DNA of 56,787 nucleotides, taken from the NCBI GenBank assembly GCA_030156575.1, contig JASGMG010000001.1, forward strand, positions 1 to 56,787, given 5' to 3'. The number at the start of each line of letters is the position of its first letter. The stretch's first letter is position 1. The position numbers were made by a program, and so were the translations under genes. This DNA comes from Patescibacteria group bacterium. Its GTDB lineage: Bacteria; Patescibacteriota; Saccharimonadia; Saccharimonadales; Saccharimonadaceae. This document shows, one piece after another, positions 36,927 through 46,520 of the stretch. The notes beneath the pieces are model-generated. The model did no database searches. It saw only the letters and a list, made by a program, of their open reading frames with translations, and was not told where the DNA came from.

Positions 36927-37772
36927 ATGATTATCAAATCTATAAAAGATTTTTTTAAATATTTAAAACCAATTAAACTTCTGAATGTCGGATTTGATTC
37001 TGGTAGTACACATAAGCCAGTCATTGTTATGTTACATGGCATAGGTGCAACTCATAAAACCTGGGACGTATTAATTAAAGAATTTGACGTTAAAGAATAT
37101 CGATTAATAGCGATAGATTTATTGGGTTTTGGTAAGTCACCAATGCCTATAAATTGTGAATATAATGTGGACGACCATGTAAGATATTTACGTAAAACTA
37201 TTAAAAGTTTAGAAGTCAATCGACAATTTACACTAGTAGGTCATTCAATGGGCTCTATTATCGCAGCTCGTTATTGTCATCTTTATCCTAAGAGTATAAA
37301 TCGAGTGTATATGCTAAGCTTACCTTTGTATTTAAAAAATATTAAGGGCACAAATTTCTTTTCAAATAAACAAACTGATCTTTATTTAAACGCTTATAAA
37401 CTAATTAGCAAGAAGAAGGATTTTGCAATAAAATATTCAAAGCGTCTTCGTAATATACTTCGTATAAATGATGGATTGAATGTAGACGAGAGGACTTGGC
37501 ATAGTTTTAGCCTTTCGTTGAAAAATACAATAATCAAACAAAATACCTATAACGACATAAAGAGTATTAAATTACCGATTTATATAATATACGGTATGTT
37601 AGATGAGTTTTTGGTCCAGGACAATATTAAGCAATTAAAACATTTTGATAATATTAAGATAACTAGGTTGGTGGGGGTTAATCATTCGATTGGCGCAAAG
37701 TTTGCAAAATATGTAGCTAATCAAATAATTGTATCGACAGATAATGAAATTATACCTACTAAGGAGCAATAA
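36927..37772 (+). CDS. Alpha/beta-fold hydrolase
   Basis: 'PVIVMLHGIGATHKTW' oxyanion region, nucleophile elbow 'VGHSMGS' and a late 'VNHS' His. The internal ATG at 36927 was chosen, because the track start overlaps the CYTH gene by 31 nt. Confidence 0.75.
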   Translation: MIIKSIKDFFKYLKPIKLLNVGFDSGSTHKPVIVMLHGIGATHKTWDVLIKEFDVKEYRLIAIDLLGFGKSPMPINCEYNVDDHVRYLRKTIKSLEVNRQFTLVGHSMGSIIAARYCHLYPKSINRVYMLSLPLYLKNIKGTNFFSNKQTDLYLNAYKLISKKKDFAIKYSKRLRNILRINDGLNVDERTWHSFSLSLKNTIIKQNTYNDIKSIKLPIYIIYGMLDEFLVQDNIKQLKHFDNIKITRLVGVNHSIGAKFAKYVANQIIVSTDNEIIPTKEQ

Positions 37773-38669
37773 ATGATTAGTAATCAAGCTAAAATTGTCA
37801 AAAAGTTATTAATCGCTTCAAATAATAAGAAAAGATATGATCTTGATTATGTTTACAGAAAACGTAAGAAATACGATAAGAGTCTGGGTGCTATTAATTT
37901 ATTATCTAGAAGATCAAAAATTGAATGGATTGACATTGAAGGCATAAGAATCGTTTCAGTTGCTCCATTGCATGACACAGAAAGGACAATAATATATTTG
38001 CATGGTGGCGGGTTTGTTTTTGGAATGTCGGCAATACATGTAGCTTATGCAGAGCGTTTGGCAAAATCGTGTAATGCAAAGGTTCTACTAATTAATTATA
38101 GTTTATCACCAGAGGCAAAGTTTCCTGTGGCTTTAAATGAAATTCAACTTGTATGGAAAAGGTTAATTAAAGATGGACTTGATCCTACAAAAACGGTAAT
38201 CATGGGTGACTCGGCTGGTGCTAGTTTAGCGATATCTTCTGCTATAAAATTTAAAAACGATAATTTACCACAACCGTCTTGTATGGTATTATTTTCACCT
38301 TCTGTGGACTCAACATTTAGTGGTAAGAGCTATACTACAAATAGCGATAAAGATATAATATTAAGTATTTATATTATGGATTTCTTTATAAGTTCTTACG
38401 TTGAAGATAATTATAAGACAGATCCATTAGTTTCTCCATTATTTGCAAATTTACGCGGGTTACCTCCCTTTTTATTACAGGTTGGCTCGGATGAAATATT
38501 GCTTAGTGAGTGTAAAGCATTTGTCAAACATGCCAAGAAGAGTAAGGTTAAGACAGCTCTATATATAGGTAAGGGTATGTGGCATAATTGGCATTTGTCA
38601 GCAAATTACGTACCGGAATCTAGTAGGTCAATAAAAACAGTTACTGATTATATTATCAGTAACTGTTAG
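37773..38669 (+). CDS. Alpha/beta hydrolase fold-3 esterase/lipase (HSL family)
   Basis: 'YLHGGGFVFG' (HGGG oxyanion motif), 'GDSAGASLA' (GDSAG nucleophile), and late 'DEIL' and 'WHNWH' acid/His candidates. ATG immediately follows the upstream TAA. Confidence 0.8.
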   Translation: MISNQAKIVKKLLIASNNKKRYDLDYVYRKRKKYDKSLGAINLLSRRSKIEWIDIEGIRIVSVAPLHDTERTIIYLHGGGFVFGMSAIHVAYAERLAKSCNAKVLLINYSLSPEAKFPVALNEIQLVWKRLIKDGLDPTKTVIMGDSAGASLAISSAIKFKNDNLPQPSCMVLFSPSVDSTFSGKSYTTNSDKDIILSIYIMDFFISSYVEDNYKTDPLVSPLFANLRGLPPFLLQVGSDEILLSECKAFVKHAKKSKVKTALYIGKGMWHNWHLSANYVPESSRSIKTVTDYIISNC

Positions 38670-38673
38670 TTTT

Positions 38674-41007
38674 TTATTTAGACCATTGCCAATTTTCTAT
38701 TTCATCCATATCAACGCCAAATTCTTTAATATATTCAGTATTGGCTTCTATTTTCTGTTGATATCTTGTTGTAATCTCCAAAGCCTGTTCCGTAGCTATG
38801 CGACCAGATCTTGCCATATTATCAAATATCGCTATTACTAAATGGTAGCGACTAGTTTTGTTGCGAACATGCATATCAAATGGAGTTGTTGTACTTCCAC
38901 ATTCTATATAGCCTCGAACATCAAAGCGCTCTGCATTATCTACATAGTTAAATAGTATTGCTTTCAAAGTTTCTGGATAACCATGGAAATTACAGATAAC
39001 AGGTTTATCAGTAGTAAATTGTCGGTCAAATTCAGCTTCATTGATAAAGTTTTTACCTTGTCCAAACCCTCGGCTAGTAAGTGAGCTTACATTGACACAT
39101 CGAAGTCTGATGTTAGGCCATTCTTTTTTAGCAATATCGATTGCAGCAAGAACTTCTTTCGTTGGATAATCACCGATACCAGCGAGAACTACATCTGGGT
39201 TGTCGTCGCTTGCAAACTCCCAGGTCATAATACCAGTTTGTAATTGTTTACGTGCGAGTTCTGGTGTCAACCATCGTGGCTCGATGGTCTTTCCTGCAAC
39301 TACTATGTTGATCTTCTTAGTTGACTGCAATATTTTCTCAAGTACAACTAACGTACTATTGGCATCTGCTGGAAAATAGACATCCATATAATCACCGTGT
39401 CGACGTAAAGCGTCATCTATAAATCCAGGATTTTGGTGACTAAACCCGTTATGGTCTTGTCTCCAGCCAGAGCTGGTCAAAATATAATTGAGTGATGGAA
39501 AAGTTTCGCGCCATTCAAAATCAAATGAGTGCTTAAGAAATTTTGCATATTGGTCCATCATACTTACAACTACTTGTACAAAAGCTTCGTAACTTGCAAA
39601 GATTGAATGTCTACCGGTTAATGTATATCCTTGGGCTAGACCCTGTAGGTTATGTTCACTCAGCATCTCCATAACACGACCGTTGGGTGACATGTCTTTA
39701 TCCCAACTTTCAATTGGCCATACCCAAGCGCGAGAAGTTTCTTTAAATATAGCGTCTAGTTTGTTTGAATACGTTTCATCGGGTGACATAAATCGGAAAT
39801 TTTTATTTTCTTCGTTAAGCTTAAAGACTTCTTTTAAATACATGCCAGATTGAATCATACTGCTTGAGCCCAATGTGCCAGGTATAGTAGAATCTTCAGC
39901 AAAGTCTTCTAGTAACGGTAAATTTAATGGCTTGTAGACTGTTTCTCCACCATGTGCATGTGGTGTCATACCCATTCGTTGCTTGCGCTCTGGCACTATG
40001 TTTTTTACGAAATCACCAAATCCATTTTCGGCGTCAAATAACTCATCAAATCTGTATGATCTTAGCCATTCTTCTAATAATTTTAATTGCTCTGGGTCAG
40101 TTTTAGCTTCTGTTAATACAACTTGGTGAGATAAACAGTTGCCTTCGATTTTATTACCATTTAATTCTTTAACACCAGTCCAGCCTTTTAATGTACGCAT
40201 GATAATCATTGGCATTCGAGGTGAGACTATGTCTTGTGGGGCTTCTTTGATACTCCAGATAAGCTTATGGGCCCAATCCAGTGTTTCTTCCATTTGTCTA
40301 TCTAAATCATCTCCAGAGACAATACGAGGCTCGTACCCATAACCCCAAAACAGTGACATCAGTTCATCATCACTCATCCGACCAAATATAGTTGGAGCTG
40401 ATATTTTATATCCATTGAGATGCAATATTGGTAAAACTGTGCCATTGGTCTTTGGGTCAACTAATTTATTTAGATGCCAAGCTGCTGCCGCCGGACCAGT
40501 TTCAGCTTCGCCATCGCCAACTAGACATGCCACTATCATATTTGGATTATCAAGAGCAGCACCATAAGATGTCGAGAGAGAGTATCCTAATTCGCCACCT
40601 TCTAAAATAACACCAGGCGTGCCGGGGTTACTGTGGCTAGGAAAGCCATAAGGCCAGCTAAAGTTGCGACAAATATAGCTAATACCGTCATAATCTTGAG
40701 TTGCTTTAGGGTAAAATTCGCTTAAAGTACCTTCGATAAATAAGTTTGCTTGCAAAGCAGGGAAAGCATGTCCGGGGCCTAATACAAACATCATTTCTTG
40801 GCCATATTTTTTGATCAAGTTATTTAAATGTGAGTAAATAAGATTTACTCCAGGACCTGAGCCCCAATGCCCTAAAAGCCTAGATTTAATATCATCATGA
40901 GTTAGTGGTCTCTTTAGTAGAAAATTATCTTGCAGAAATATTTGCGCTGCAGTTAAATAGTTTGTTGCTCTTCTAAACTTTTCGAAATCTGTTGTTTTAT
41001 CATTCAT
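38674..41007 (-). CDS. xfp: Xylulose-5-phosphate/fructose-6-phosphate phosphoketolase
   Basis: 777 aa. 'RLLGHWGSGPG', 'EGGELGYSLS', 'GDGEAETGP', 'ILHLNGYKI' and 'QDHNGFSHQNPGF' are characteristic XFP blocks. Confidence 0.93.
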   Translation of the reverse strand: MNDKTTDFEKFRRATNYLTAAQIFLQDNFLLKRPLTHDDIKSRLLGHWGSGPGVNLIYSHLNNLIKKYGQEMMFVLGPGHAFPALQANLFIEGTLSEFYPKATQDYDGISYICRNFSWPYGFPSHSNPGTPGVILEGGELGYSLSTSYGAALDNPNMIVACLVGDGEAETGPAAAAWHLNKLVDPKTNGTVLPILHLNGYKISAPTIFGRMSDDELMSLFWGYGYEPRIVSGDDLDRQMEETLDWAHKLIWSIKEAPQDIVSPRMPMIIMRTLKGWTGVKELNGNKIEGNCLSHQVVLTEAKTDPEQLKLLEEWLRSYRFDELFDAENGFGDFVKNIVPERKQRMGMTPHAHGGETVYKPLNLPLLEDFAEDSTIPGTLGSSSMIQSGMYLKEVFKLNEENKNFRFMSPDETYSNKLDAIFKETSRAWVWPIESWDKDMSPNGRVMEMLSEHNLQGLAQGYTLTGRHSIFASYEAFVQVVVSMMDQYAKFLKHSFDFEWRETFPSLNYILTSSGWRQDHNGFSHQNPGFIDDALRRHGDYMDVYFPADANSTLVVLEKILQSTKKINIVVAGKTIEPRWLTPELARKQLQTGIMTWEFASDDNPDVVLAGIGDYPTKEVLAAIDIAKKEWPNIRLRCVNVSSLTSRGFGQGKNFINEAEFDRQFTTDKPVICNFHGYPETLKAILFNYVDNAERFDVRGYIECGSTTTPFDMHVRNKTSRYHLVIAIFDNMARSGRIATEQALEITTRYQQKIEANTEYIKEFGVDMDEIENWQWSK

Positions 41008-41068
41008 GGTTATGTTTTATTGTAGCAGATAATTGTACGTCAAGGCTACTATCTGTTAAGATAAAGAT

Positions 41069-41905
41069 ATGAAAATATTAGACGGACTAGAGTTATCTGG
41101 TTACATAAAAGAACGCCAACTTAAACAAGTTAGGGCACTTCGTCAATCTTGGCGAGTTTTTCCACGTTTGGCAATTGTTCATGCGGGTGATAATCCTATA
41201 ATCAACACTTATATGCGTTTAAAATGTGAATACGGTAAGGATATTATGATTGAAGTTGAAGTCTATAAGCCATCTAACGCAGAGTTATTAAATCAGATCA
41301 GAGCTTTAAATGATAACGATGATATTCATGGCATTATAGTGCAATTGCCACTTGCTGATACTTCACAAACAGAAATTGCCATTAATGCAATATCTAGTAT
41401 AAAAGATGTTGATGGACTAACTGCCGATTCTACGTTTACACCAGCAACAGCTTTAGCTATAAATTGGTTATTAGCAGGGTATAATATTAATTTATCTTCT
41501 AAGAAAGTTACTATTGTTGGAAAAGGGCGCTTAGTTGGAGCGCCACTTGCTAAATTATGGAAAGAATCAGAAATAGACGTAACATCTTGCGACATTAATA
41601 CAACAAATCTCAAAGACATTTTACAATCATCTGATGTAATTGTTACTGCAACTGGTGCTCCAGGTCTAATAACTAGCAGTATGGTTGCTCCAAATGCGAT
41701 ATTAGTTGATGCTGGAACGGCAACCGAAGGTGGCGAAATTGTTGGTGACTTGGCTGACGATATTCGTAGTAGAACAGATTTAACGGTTACACCAAAAAGG
41801 GGTGGGGTTGGGCCATTAACCGTATCAGCTTTATTTGATAATGTAATTTTAGCAGCTCGAAAAATAGCAGATCAAAAAGGACAACAGGATAATTTAAAAT
41901 TATGA
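41069..41905 (+). CDS. folD: Bifunctional methylenetetrahydrofolate dehydrogenase/cyclohydrolase
   Basis: 'YMRLKCEYGKDIMIEV', 'HGIIVQLPL', 'KDVDGL', 'VTIVGKGRLVGAPLA' and 'TPKRGGVGPLT'. Confidence 0.9.
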   Translation: MKILDGLELSGYIKERQLKQVRALRQSWRVFPRLAIVHAGDNPIINTYMRLKCEYGKDIMIEVEVYKPSNAELLNQIRALNDNDDIHGIIVQLPLADTSQTEIAINAISSIKDVDGLTADSTFTPATALAINWLLAGYNINLSSKKVTIVGKGRLVGAPLAKLWKESEIDVTSCDINTTNLKDILQSSDVIVTATGAPGLITSSMVAPNAILVDAGTATEGGEIVGDLADDIRSRTDLTVTPKRGGVGPLTVSALFDNVILAARKIADQKGQQDNLKL

Positions 41906-42504
41906 AAGAAATTATTTTCGCTACTGGTAATAAAGGTAAGGTATTTTCTTTGCAAAAGTATGCGAATAAGTTTGATCTTGATTTAGCCATAACTCAACAA
42001 TTTCTTGATCTTATAGAGCCACAGGCCGATACTTCATCTGAAGTTGCAAAGTCTAAGGCGCGACAGGCATATAAAGTATTTAATAAGCCAGTTTTAGCTG
42101 ACGATAGCTCTTTTCATATTTCGACTTTAGGAGGCTTCCCTGGGCCTTATATTAAATATATGATTACAACTCTTGGCATAAATGGAATATTATCTTTTAT
42201 GGAGGATAAATCTGATCGTAGCGCTTATTTTTTAAGCTCATTAGTACTTATTGATGAATATGGTAGGGATCATTTATTTGAAGACGAGCCTTATTGGGGT
42301 ACTATTGCGACAGAGATTGATGATTTTAAGTCTGAAAAGTCGTGGAGCGAGCTACATAAAATCTTTATTCCTAATGGTAGTGATAAAGTTTTAGCACGTA
42401 TGATAGAGTTTGAACGCGAGAAGGTCAACATAAGAACCAATTCCTATGAAAAATTATGTTTATGGCTCAAAGACAACCCACAAATGCTAAAAGATAGTTT
42501 ATAG
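41902..42504 (+). CDS. Non-canonical purine NTP pyrophosphatase (Ham1/RdgB family)
   Basis: 'IIFATGNKGK', 'EPQADT', 'VLADDSSFHISTLGGFPGPYIKY'. 4-nt overlap with folD. Confidence 0.8.
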   Translation: MKEIIFATGNKGKVFSLQKYANKFDLDLAITQQFLDLIEPQADTSSEVAKSKARQAYKVFNKPVLADDSSFHISTLGGFPGPYIKYMITTLGINGILSFMEDKSDRSAYFLSSLVLIDEYGRDHLFEDEPYWGTIATEIDDFKSEKSWSELHKIFIPNGSDKVLARMIEFEREKVNIRTNSYEKLCLWLKDNPQMLKDSL

Positions 42505-42867
42505 ATTTAAGGCTTCTTTAATTCGTTGAACAACTTGTCTTGGTGTTAAGTTGGCTTTTACTATATAACTATGTATTCCTAATGAACGAATTTCTTTAGG
42601 AGCTTCTTCTTCGCCTAGATTTGTTAAGATTATGACAGGAATATCCTTACCCCAGTTGTTTTTACGTATAATTTTAAGTACTTCAACTCCGTTCATCTCT
42701 GGCATCTGTAAGTCAAGCAAAATAATGTCTGGTAAAAAGGTCTCAACTAATTCAATTCCGTTTTTGCCATTTTTTGCTAATTGAACATCAAAACCGTCGG
42801 CTTCAAACTTCATTCTGTACATCTGGCTAATTACTTGGTCGTCTTCAATAATAGCTATCTTCGTCAT
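42499..42867 (-). CDS. Stand-alone response regulator receiver (CheY-like)
   Basis: 'KIAIIEDD', phospho-acceptor context 'DIILLDLQMPEMNG', 'PVIILTN' and 'YIVKA'. No output domain. ATG at 42867 chosen. Confidence 0.85.
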   Translation of the reverse strand: MTKIAIIEDDQVISQMYRMKFEADGFDVQLAKNGKNGIELVETFLPDIILLDLQMPEMNGVEVLKIIRKNNWGKDIPVIILTNLGEEEAPKEIRSLGIHSYIVKANLTPRQVVQRIKEALNL

Positions 42868-42965
42868 GAGCTTATAATACGGCATAAAACTCATACGTTC
42901 AAGTTTATGATATAATTACTGGTAATAATAAAATAAAATGATCCATTAAAACAGGGGATATTAGA

Positions 42966-43307
42966 ATGTTAGATCTAGCTCCGTCCATATGTAGACAACG
43001 TTTAGTCATTGAAGCCTACCCAAAAAAAGCAATTACCGATCAAGATATAAAGAAATATTTATCAGAATTATCTGTTGTTATTGATATGAAACAGCTTATT
43101 GAGCCAGTTACTCATAATTGTGAAAAGTTTGGTTGGGCTGGTTGGATACATTGGGAAACATCTGGTGCTCATTTTTATGCATGGGAGCGTCCAATTTTAT
43201 TTTATAGTGTAGATATTTATACATGCAAAGCGTTTGATCCTTTGGCCGCAGTTGAGTTTACTAAAAAGTTTTTTGATAGCGACAGTATAGAATACAAAGA
43301 GTTTTAA
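42966..43307 (+). CDS. Pyruvoyl-type S-adenosylmethionine decarboxylase-like protein (AdoMet_dc/SpeD-H family)
   Basis: 113 aa. 'GWAGWIHWETSGAHFYAWE....YSVDIYTCKAFDPLAAVEF' aligns by eye with the SpeD/SpeH core 'GVSGVVIISESHLxIHxxPE...xxIDVxTCGxxDPxxA'. Confidence 0.55.
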   Translation: MLDLAPSICRQRLVIEAYPKKAITDQDIKKYLSELSVVIDMKQLIEPVTHNCEKFGWAGWIHWETSGAHFYAWERPILFYSVDIYTCKAFDPLAAVEFTKKFFDSDSIEYKEF

Positions 43308-44128
43308 TGATGGAAACTCTAGGTAGTGATAGTTTTGAAAAAAAAGATTTAACCCCTAGTTATGAGCTATCACCGCGGAATGTCGAGCTTTTAATATATG
43401 ACTTGCTAGACAAAAATAAAGAACTTACACCAGAAAACTCTAGTGAAGTTATCATTAGAGTTGATGGTAATAGCGAATATGCAGATATTGCAAGGTATAT
43501 TGAAGAAACCGTATTTATGCGTGAGTTTGGTAATAGCCCACAAGAGATGGAACGAGAATATAACCCATACGAAAAATATAGTGATTTTTATATTGCTATA
43601 GATTGTGAAGCTAATAAACCAATAGCTGCTCTAAGAGTAATTAAGAATTCAGAAAATGGTCTAAAAACATTAAACGATGCCACAAAAGAGCCATTTAATG
43701 TTAATAGTAAAAATATAGAACAACACAATAAAGGCATGGAAGATCTCAACAAAGTATGGGATATTGGAACGGTGGCTAAAATGCCTGGATATACAAGGTC
43801 TTCAGCTACTGTTGAATTATACCGCGCTGTATATGTAGCTTCCCTTAATTCTAGTATTGAGGATTGGGTGACTATTATAGACGATGCTGTCCATAATATG
43901 ACGACAAAACACTTCGGTATACCATTTGAGCCTCTTGGAGATTCAGAACCTGGCCCATATCTAGGATCCGATAAAAGTCATGTTGTATGCGCACATGTAC
44001 CGGATTTTAGAGAAACTATGGGTGATCATATGAGCAAGGCTAAAGGACGCCTTGCTAATAAGATATTCGGGATTCTTGTAAATGGTGACAGTGATAATAG
44101 GATTATTCTTAGCCCAATAGACAATTAG
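43307..44128 (+). CDS. GNAT-fold N-acyltransferase-like protein (Acetyltransf_5 / OlsB / N-acyl amino acid synthase-like)
   Basis: 'IARYIEETVFMREFGNSPQEMEREYNPYEKYSDFYIAID...KPIAALRVI' and 'GTVAKMPGY...LYRAVYVASL...FGIPFEPLGDSEPGPYLGS' follow the pattern of N-acyl synthase-type GNAT domains. TAATG overlap with the upstream gene. Motif-level call only. Confidence 0.4.
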   Translation: MMETLGSDSFEKKDLTPSYELSPRNVELLIYDLLDKNKELTPENSSEVIIRVDGNSEYADIARYIEETVFMREFGNSPQEMEREYNPYEKYSDFYIAIDCEANKPIAALRVIKNSENGLKTLNDATKEPFNVNSKNIEQHNKGMEDLNKVWDIGTVAKMPGYTRSSATVELYRAVYVASLNSSIEDWVTIIDDAVHNMTTKHFGIPFEPLGDSEPGPYLGSDKSHVVCAHVPDFRETMGDHMSKAKGRLANKIFGILVNGDSDNRIILSPIDN

Positions 44129-44167
44129 ACTATAAAAAACATAATACTTAAGCTAAACTTGTTGTAT

Positions 44168-46309
44168 ATGGATATAATTATCTTTTTTGCATGTTTTATA
44201 AATTTACTCCTAGGGGCGTTTGTGTTATTGCATGATCCTAAGTCTATTCATTCTCGTTTATTTATGTTTATGAGTGTTTCTATTTGCATCTGGATAATAT
44301 CAAGTTACATTACTGACATGAGGATGTCTAGTATTGTCATTAATATTATATCTAATAGACTAGCTTATGTAAGCGGATATTTAGTTATATTAAGTGGAAC
44401 CATATTTACTTATTTCTTTCCAGTAAAGCGTAAAATTAGTCTAAAACGATTATTATTGTTTTCTGTATTTAATATTCTGGTCTTGTGTCTAGCGGCTTCA
44501 AAATTAGTATCTGGTTATGTGAATATTAATTCTTTGGGTAATTTAGAATTCTCTATTGGGCCTTTGTTGTGGTCTTATATAGTTGGTATTTTAGTCTTGA
44601 TTATTTTAATAATAAAGAACTTATTAAGACCATCTTTACATATAGATAAAAATAATAAAATACAGGCTCATCTTGTACTTTTATCTTTTTGTTTTGGAGC
44701 CTTGTCGGGGCTACTATTAAATGTTATTATCCCGATTTTAATTGGTAATTGGCATACCGCTCAATTTGGATCATTATCGACAATTGTTTTTATCAGTATA
44801 ATCGTTTATGCAATTACAAGACATGGGCTTTTTGATATTAGGTTGGCACTAGTTAGGACTTCTGCTTATGTGCTTTCGTTGAGTACTTTCATTGTTGTAT
44901 ATTATTTATTAGCTTATACTTTATCTATATTAATACTTGGTAGCGAAACTGCCTTCAATAAACAGAATGGACTAAGCATTATAATAGCTCTTGTATTGGC
45001 TTCGTTCTTTCAACCTGTTAAAAAATTGTTTGATCGCTTAACTAGTGCTGTTTTTTATAGAGACAATTACGATAGTGACATTTTCTTTTCTAATATTAAT
45101 AGGATAGCAACTTTAACAACAAATATTGGTGATCTACTAAAAAGCTCAACTAATGAAATTGCTGAAACTGTTAAAATAGAACAAGTATTCTTTGTCGTTT
45201 TAAGAGACGAAGGTGGATTTATATCAACAGGCACGTCTCATCATAGTAGATTACCTGCGTCTGACATAAAAGTTCTTGGTAATTATACTAGGAACAATGG
45301 AAACAGACTGTTAGATAGAAGGACGTTATCTGATGATGATAATATTTTTCGAAGGCTTATGATAAGTCACAAAATAGAGTTGGTATTACCGCTCGTTATA
45401 TCGGATAAGCTAATTGGGTATTTATGCCTAGGTGATAAAAAGAGCGGTAGGTTTACTTCGCGTGATATAAATGTTTTAAAAACTGCTTCAGATGAATTAG
45501 CTATCGCTATTCAGAATGCATTAGCTGTACAAGAAATACGTGAGCTAAACGAGACCTTGCAACAAAAAGTATCTAATGCTACTAAAGAGCTTCGTGCTAG
45601 TAACGCTATTTTGCGCCAATTGGATAAAAATAAGGATGAATTTGTGAGTATGGCTAGTCATCAGCTTCGAACACCACTAACGAGCGTTAAAGGCTATATC
45701 AGCATGGTTCTAGAGGGTGATGCTGGTAAAATATCAGAATCTCAACGAAATCTGTTAAGTGAAGCGTTTATAAGTAGTGAACGTATGGTTCGTTTGATTA
45801 ACGATTTTTTGAACGTGTCTAGACTACAAACTGGTAAATTTGTGATAGACAAACATCCAGTTGATTTATCAAAACTTGTGGAGCAGGAAATTGATAGCTT
45901 AAAATCTAATGCAACTGTTCGTAATATGAAATTTAATTATCGAAAACCTAAAGATTTTCCAATAATTAAAGTTGACGAAGATAAAATTCGCCAAGTTGTT
46001 ATGAATTTTGCAGATAATGCAATATATTATTCCCATGACGGTACCGCTATTGATATTAATTTAGTTGTGAAGGGTAACGAGGTTATATTTACAGTCAAAG
46101 ACACTGGGATAGGTGTTCCATCTAAAGAACAAGAGCAATTGTTTAGTAAGTTTTATCGCGCTAGCAATGCTCGGAAGCAACGTCCTGATGGTACCGGAGT
46201 TGGTTTATTTTTGGCAAAAAAGGTAGTGTCTGTACATGGCGGTAAGGTAATATTCAAATCAGTTGAAAACAAAGGCAGTACGTTTGGGTTTAGTTTGCCA
46301 ATTGAATAA
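44168..46309 (+). CDS. Sensor histidine kinase (multi-TM sensor, GAF-like, HisKA, HATPase_c)
   Basis: About 7-8 N-terminal TM helices, a central GAF-like region, H-box 'FVSMASHQLRTPLTSVKGY', N-box 'NFADNAIYYS', and G-boxes 'VKDTGIGV' and 'GTGVGL'. Confidence 0.85.
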   Translation: MDIIIFFACFINLLLGAFVLLHDPKSIHSRLFMFMSVSICIWIISSYITDMRMSSIVINIISNRLAYVSGYLVILSGTIFTYFFPVKRKISLKRLLLFSVFNILVLCLAASKLVSGYVNINSLGNLEFSIGPLLWSYIVGILVLIILIIKNLLRPSLHIDKNNKIQAHLVLLSFCFGALSGLLLNVIIPILIGNWHTAQFGSLSTIVFISIIVYAITRHGLFDIRLALVRTSAYVLSLSTFIVVYYLLAYTLSILILGSETAFNKQNGLSIIIALVLASFFQPVKKLFDRLTSAVFYRDNYDSDIFFSNINRIATLTTNIGDLLKSSTNEIAETVKIEQVFFVVLRDEGGFISTGTSHHSRLPASDIKVLGNYTRNNGNRLLDRRTLSDDDNIFRRLMISHKIELVLPLVISDKLIGYLCLGDKKSGRFTSRDINVLKTASDELAIAIQNALAVQEIRELNETLQQKVSNATKELRASNAILRQLDKNKDEFVSMASHQLRTPLTSVKGYISMVLEGDAGKISESQRNLLSEAFISSERMVRLINDFLNVSRLQTGKFVIDKHPVDLSKLVEQEIDSLKSNATVRNMKFNYRKPKDFPIIKVDEDKIRQVVMNFADNAIYYSHDGTAIDINLVVKGNEVIFTVKDTGIGVPSKEQEQLFSKFYRASNARKQRPDGTGVGLFLAKKVVSVHGGKVIFKSVENKGSTFGFSLPIE

Positions 46310-46505
46310 TTTCGATAATCATTATAATTATAAAGATTACAACGCCAGAGGTTATTAAGATTGGTTTAAGGATCTTTTTACGTTCAAACCACCATTGCCC
46401 AATTTTTGAACGATTAGTAGCTGATATTTTAGTGATAACTGGATGAGTCATTGCCGCATCAACGCCAGTATACGTTTTATTACGTTTTTTCTTATTCTTT
46501 GCCAT
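46290..46505 (-). CDS. Small tail-anchored membrane protein (hypothetical)
   Basis: 71 aa from the ATG at 46505. Lys-rich N-terminus (MAKNKKKRNK) and a C-terminal TM (PILITSGVVIFIIIMIIEII). A TATAAT hexamer lies 9 nt upstream of the ATG on the minus strand. The track's longer N-terminus would run through a terminator hairpin. Confidence 0.35.
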   Translation of the reverse strand: MAKNKKKRNKTYTGVDAAMTHPVITKISATNRSKIGQWWFERKKILKPILITSGVVIFIIIMIIEIIQLAN

Positions 46506-46520
46506 AGTAATTTTATTATA

